A stretch of DNA of 64,000 nt, taken from assembly GCA_001643675.2 (NCBI GenBank), contig LSRY02000029.1, forward strand, positions 1,054,001 through 1,118,000, in the 5' to 3' direction. The position numbers and the translations under genes were made by a program. Source of the stretch: Monocercomonoides exilis PA203 (taxonomy: Eukaryota > Protista > Preaxostyla). The notes under the pieces were generated by a model, which was not told the origin of the DNA, searched no databases, and worked only from the letters and a program-made list of their open reading frames with translations. The first letter of the stretch is position 1. Each line of letters opens with the position of its first letter. Of the stretch, positions 60,011-64,000 are shown piece by piece.

Positions 60011-62928
60011 ATGGAAAGAGAAAAGAACGATAAGTTTTTTGAATTTTTTAAACGAGACTGCCCACCAAGAGAAAGAATTACTTCTTTGAACTCGGTTCCA
60101 AAGACTTTCACTGGTCTAGCTCGTTTGATGGTAATTGCCCATATATTAAAAATATTATTCTTGAAGCAATTGTTCAATTTTTTTGTTTTCTTTTATGGTG
60201 ACATTTGAATTAAACATTGTAAGCATGCTCAAGCATGGGACCTTATACCAAAGTTCGTCGATCAATTGAGCCTTCCATCTTTATCATCTACACTTGTTTA
60301 TGCAAAGGCATACGCTTTGGTGTGCTTTCGTATTTTTATTTGCCATTTTTTTCAAAATATTTATTCTTTTAAGTTTCAAAATCATGAATACAGCCAATGC
60401 ATGAACAACTTATCTCAATACGGAGAAGCGTGTTATAGAAATCCAGGTATAAACGCATTTGTGAAAATTGTTGATATTTAAACTTTGAAAATGATCGTTT
60501 TTTGAATAAAAATAGATCCTTCAATTCCTTTTTCTCTTAGGTTGCTTTGGGGTTATATTCCATCTGAGTGTGGAGACCCTTATCTAGCAATTGATAGGTT
60601 AACGGCTATAATGTCATTGTGCCAAGGTATTTCATAGTTATAATAATCTGTAGTGATTCTATTGATATTAAATTTTCTATCAAAATAAATGCAAAAGTTC
60701 ATTATCACGAATTCCAAAAGGATGACTCCTCCGAGGCACAGCCTCTTCACAGCACAAGTTCCGGCTCCAACCCCTTTTCGACTGATTCGTTTTATGACAC
60801 GTTTGCTGGCGATCCACTGGGCTCTCCTATTTTAACAGCCACCACAATGCAAAGCACTCCAATGCGTTCTGCCTCCAGACCTCCTCCACCTACACGTCCT
60901 TTGAGCTCTTCAAGCTCTTCTTCTTCTGTGCTATCGACTCCGAAGCCACTCGGAGTAACCACTGTGAGTGCTGTTGATAGCGGAGGTTTTTCTTTATTTC
61001 TCTTTTCTCTTATTTTTAATATTTTGTCTTATTGAATTGTTTCTCCTTTTGTTTTTCTTTCTTTGTTTGTTTTCTGAAAATAGATCTGTTTATTGATCCT
61101 CTGTCTGGCCTTGTCATTGACTCCTCAAAAGATCAGTCAATATCTGAGCAGAACACCACAACACCACCAGCAGCATTATCATCATCCAAAGAAGAAGTCC
61201 TCTCGTCTTCAACTGCCCTCTCTTCACCCAAACTGGTCATTGACTCTTCCACTTCACAGCAGCTGTCCACTCCTTCGCTTGTCGACGAGCCGCTCGCTGC
61301 CTCTTCTCTTTCCACCTCCTCTTTCTCTCCCGTCATGTTGGATGTTGCCTCTCCCGCACCTCCACTCGCATCTGCCTCAGCTTCTGAGCCCAGCCCAGAC
61401 ACGCTGCTTCGCCTCGCTCCTCTTTCTGATCCGCAGCCACCGCCGTATTCACAGCCAGCTACTTCTCCTGCTGCCCCTTCTTCTCCTTCTGCTTCTGTTT
61501 CGTCAGCTCCTTTTTCTTCATCTTCCACTTCTTCAACTCAAATGGCGAATTCCTCTCATTCGCTGCTTGATCCGTTCGGCCCTTCTGTCCCGCCGTTTGC
61601 TGTGTCCACCATCAAAAGCCAGAACGATGTTGGCACAGCGTCCTGCCGCTTGAGAGCTGCTGCTGCACTTTCATATGCCTTTGTGAGGGTGGAAATGTGG
61701 AACGATGCGATAAGAGTGATGGACGAGGCGTTGGAATAGTTTGATTTGTGATTCATATGACAAGATGTTATTGTAATTCCTAACAATTTTTTTGATTTTT
61801 TTTTTTAATTTTGAAATTACATTTTTGTTATTATTATTATTCTGATTCACACGAATTATGTCGAATTGCAGCGCACCTGAAAAGTCATTGTATTTTGTGT
61901 ATTCGATGCTGATGCGACTGTTTCTTGAGGTTTGAATTTCTCCTTTTCAGCCACATCTTTTTGTTCATTTTATTGTATATTTTAACTTGTTTCTCTTTTC
62001 TTCGTCTTCTTTTCTTGTTCACTCAGATTGGGTCAATTGAAGCAGCTTCTATTTATTTGGCTGAAATGGAGCAAATTGCACCTCTTCAGGAAAAGACAAA
62101 CTCTCTTCTTTTGCACAAGTTTGTGAATATTGTCGTTATATTTGACGATATTTTCGATGATTTCTTAAAATTTCAATGTTTTTTTTTCCAATAACTTTAA
62201 TTTCTTTTTCTTTTTCTTTCTTTTTTGTTCATTAATCCTATAACTCTTGTTATTTGACATGTCATGTTTCTTCTTCAGAGGATTGCTCCAAATGGCTATG
62301 CATCAATATGGACAAGCCGCTTCCCTCTTTCGGAAGGTTGTCAAATCCAACCCCACAAATGTCATTGCAGTGAACAATTTGGCTGTTTGCATACTTTTTT
62401 TTCTTTATCCCTTCTATTCTTTGTTTATCTCTTCTGAATTATCATCATCCATTTAATGCCATTGTAATAACTCGTTTGTTATTTCTGTTGTCAATCAATT
62501 GCTTCTTTCAAATAAATTAACTGTATTTTCTTCTGTCCGTATGAACTTCAATGCAACAGCTGAGCTATCTCTATCAGGCAGTCACGCCTTCTTCAAAAGA
62601 GAAAAAAGAAAGGCCTGAAGAAGTTGAACACCCTGTTCTTCTTATTCAAAGGGCCATCGATGCCATTGAGCTTCTGTTCCGCTCTAATCCATATCAAACA
62701 CTGCACGAGGTATGTTTTCATTATTCTCTAAATGTTAAGTCATTTTATTGTTTCAAATAATTCTTTTGTGTGAATGGTATTTTGAACGTTTAGTCAATTA
62801 TTTCTGTTCTTTTCTTGCTCTACGACCTTCTTGCTGATAATCCTCTTCAAAAGAAGAATTTTATAAAGGAATGTGTTAAGCGTTATGGATCTTCGGACTT
62901 AAAATCTGATCTTATGTTCCAAGATTGA
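60011..62928 (+). CDS. TRAPPC12: TRAPP complex subunit 12 (TPR protein), many exons
   Basis: SIPFSLRLLWGYIPSECGDPYLAIDRL, QIGSIEAASIYL and NPTNVIAVNNLA match TRAPPC12/TTC15 motifs in order. Ser/Pro-rich insert. Confidence 0.75.
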
Positions 62929-63131
62929 AAATGTTATTTCTGTATTATTTAATTTTCATTTTTCTTCAAATCCAATTTCATTTCAAATGTAATTTTTATC
63001 TTAATAATAACCTAAATTAGTTTTTGATTATAATTCTTTTATTTGTCATTTTAGTTAATTATTTATTATTTCTCTTTCTTTCGAAATGAGTAATAAACTT
63101 GAAAAGATCAAAATGGCCACTATTTAGTTTC

Positions 63132-64000
63132 ATGGAAACATCAAAAATAATTTTTCCCAAGTTTCGGACAAGACCGCACAGTAATCCATTGAGCGATCAA
63201 GTATTTGATTACCCAATTTCGCCAGAATATGTTGATTGGGGAAAATTATTTGATAAACCAGAACAAGAAATGTGGTGCGATTTAGGATGTGGTTATGGTG
63301 GTTTGCTTGAAACTCTTGGACCAAGATTCCCTAAAATCAATATAATTGGTATGGAACTGCGGGGTCAGGTTGTGGATTATGTTGAAAATCGAATTTTGAA
63401 GTTGAGACGAGGCGAAATTCCTTTTGATAAAATGAATGTGAATCCAGTCCCAAAAGATTGCAGGGGACGTATTCAAGGTACAGAATTAATTGAAGAGCAA
63501 CTTGAAGTAGATGCTGAGGAAGAAAAAAATGACAACGAAGGGCAACAAGAAAAGGATGAAAAAGATAACAAATCTGCTGATGATAATCAAGATGTCAGCC
63601 CACTTTTTCTAAGTTGTCCAGAACTTGCAATAGCTAATCCTATGAAAGGAGTTGATGTTACCGATCTTTCTTTTGCTCGTGATTCTCCTCCTGTTGTTCC
63701 AATACCCGAAGAAGCATTGAAGGATTATAAATTTCTTAATATTGGAGTGATTCGAGCAAATTCAATGAAAAACATGTCAAATTACTTTAAGAAAGGAGGC
63801 CTTACAAGAATGTTTATATTATTTCCAGATCCTCATTGGAAACATCAGCATATACGGAGAAGAGTTGTAAGTCCATCTCTTCTTGATGAATATGGATATT
63901 GCTTAGCTAAAGGCGGAAGAGTTTACACCATCACAGATGTTCCAATTGTGTACCATTGGATGGTGTGGTGCTTTGAACGTCATCCACTGTTTAAGCGCAT
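63132..64000 (+). CDS. TRM8: tRNA (guanine-N7)-methyltransferase catalytic subunit, truncated by the window end
   Basis: FRTRPHSNPLSD, DLGCGYGGLL, GMELR, IRANSMK, FILFPDPHWK, YTITDV. Absent from the supplied ORF track because there is no stop in the window. Confidence 0.93.
   Translation, partial: METSKIIFPKFRTRPHSNPLSDQVFDYPISPEYVDWGKLFDKPEQEMWCDLGCGYGGLLETLGPRFPKINIIGMELRGQVVDYVENRILKLRRGEIPFDKMNVNPVPKDCRGRIQGTELIEEQLEVDAEEEKNDNEGQQEKDEKDNKSADDNQDVSPLFLSCPELAIANPMKGVDVTDLSFARDSPPVVPIPEEALKDYKFLNIGVIRANSMKNMSNYFKKGGLTRMFILFPDPHWKHQHIRRRVVSPSLLDEYGYCLAKGGRVYTITDVPIVYHWMVWCFERHPLFKR

Noticed and set aside
63086-63127. 13-codon ORF just upstream of TRM8
   Set aside because: It could be a uORF or an unresolved first exon, but no phase-consistent splice was found and such ORFs are common by chance.
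51651-64000. TSR3 and TRM8 proximity as an RNA-modification cluster
   Set aside because: They are separated by unrelated genes, as expected by chance in a compact genome.

Overview
AT-rich, gene-dense eukaryotic (protist) genomic DNA with short GT-AG introns and the standard genetic code. The gene families (giant Cys/Gly-rich beta-helix receptor pseudokinases, the 'FSELE..EQK..EEMNE' family, poly-Ser-inflated housekeeping proteins) point to the oxymonad Monocercomonoides. This is an inference from recalled family signatures, not a database result. Left to right: a decayed beta-helix surface-protein gene; a complete pogo-like DD35D DNA transposon with TIRs and a TA TSD; an intronless 2.7-kaa protein of a bacterial-like giant family carrying a full 76-aa ubiquitin (intact LRLRGG) in its middle; COG2-like and BAR-domain genes; a 1.1-kb nest of inverted repeats; a hypothetical gene; a family pseudogene flanked by inverted repeats; a 4088-aa single-pass receptor pseudokinase; then a compact housekeeping block (ARM/importin-alpha-like, NH3-dependent NAD synthetase, TSR3, LPA1-like P-loop protein, hypotheticals, TRAPPC12, TRM8). 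The strongest candidate for a new system is the giant protein with embedded, potentially DUB-cleavable ubiquitin.
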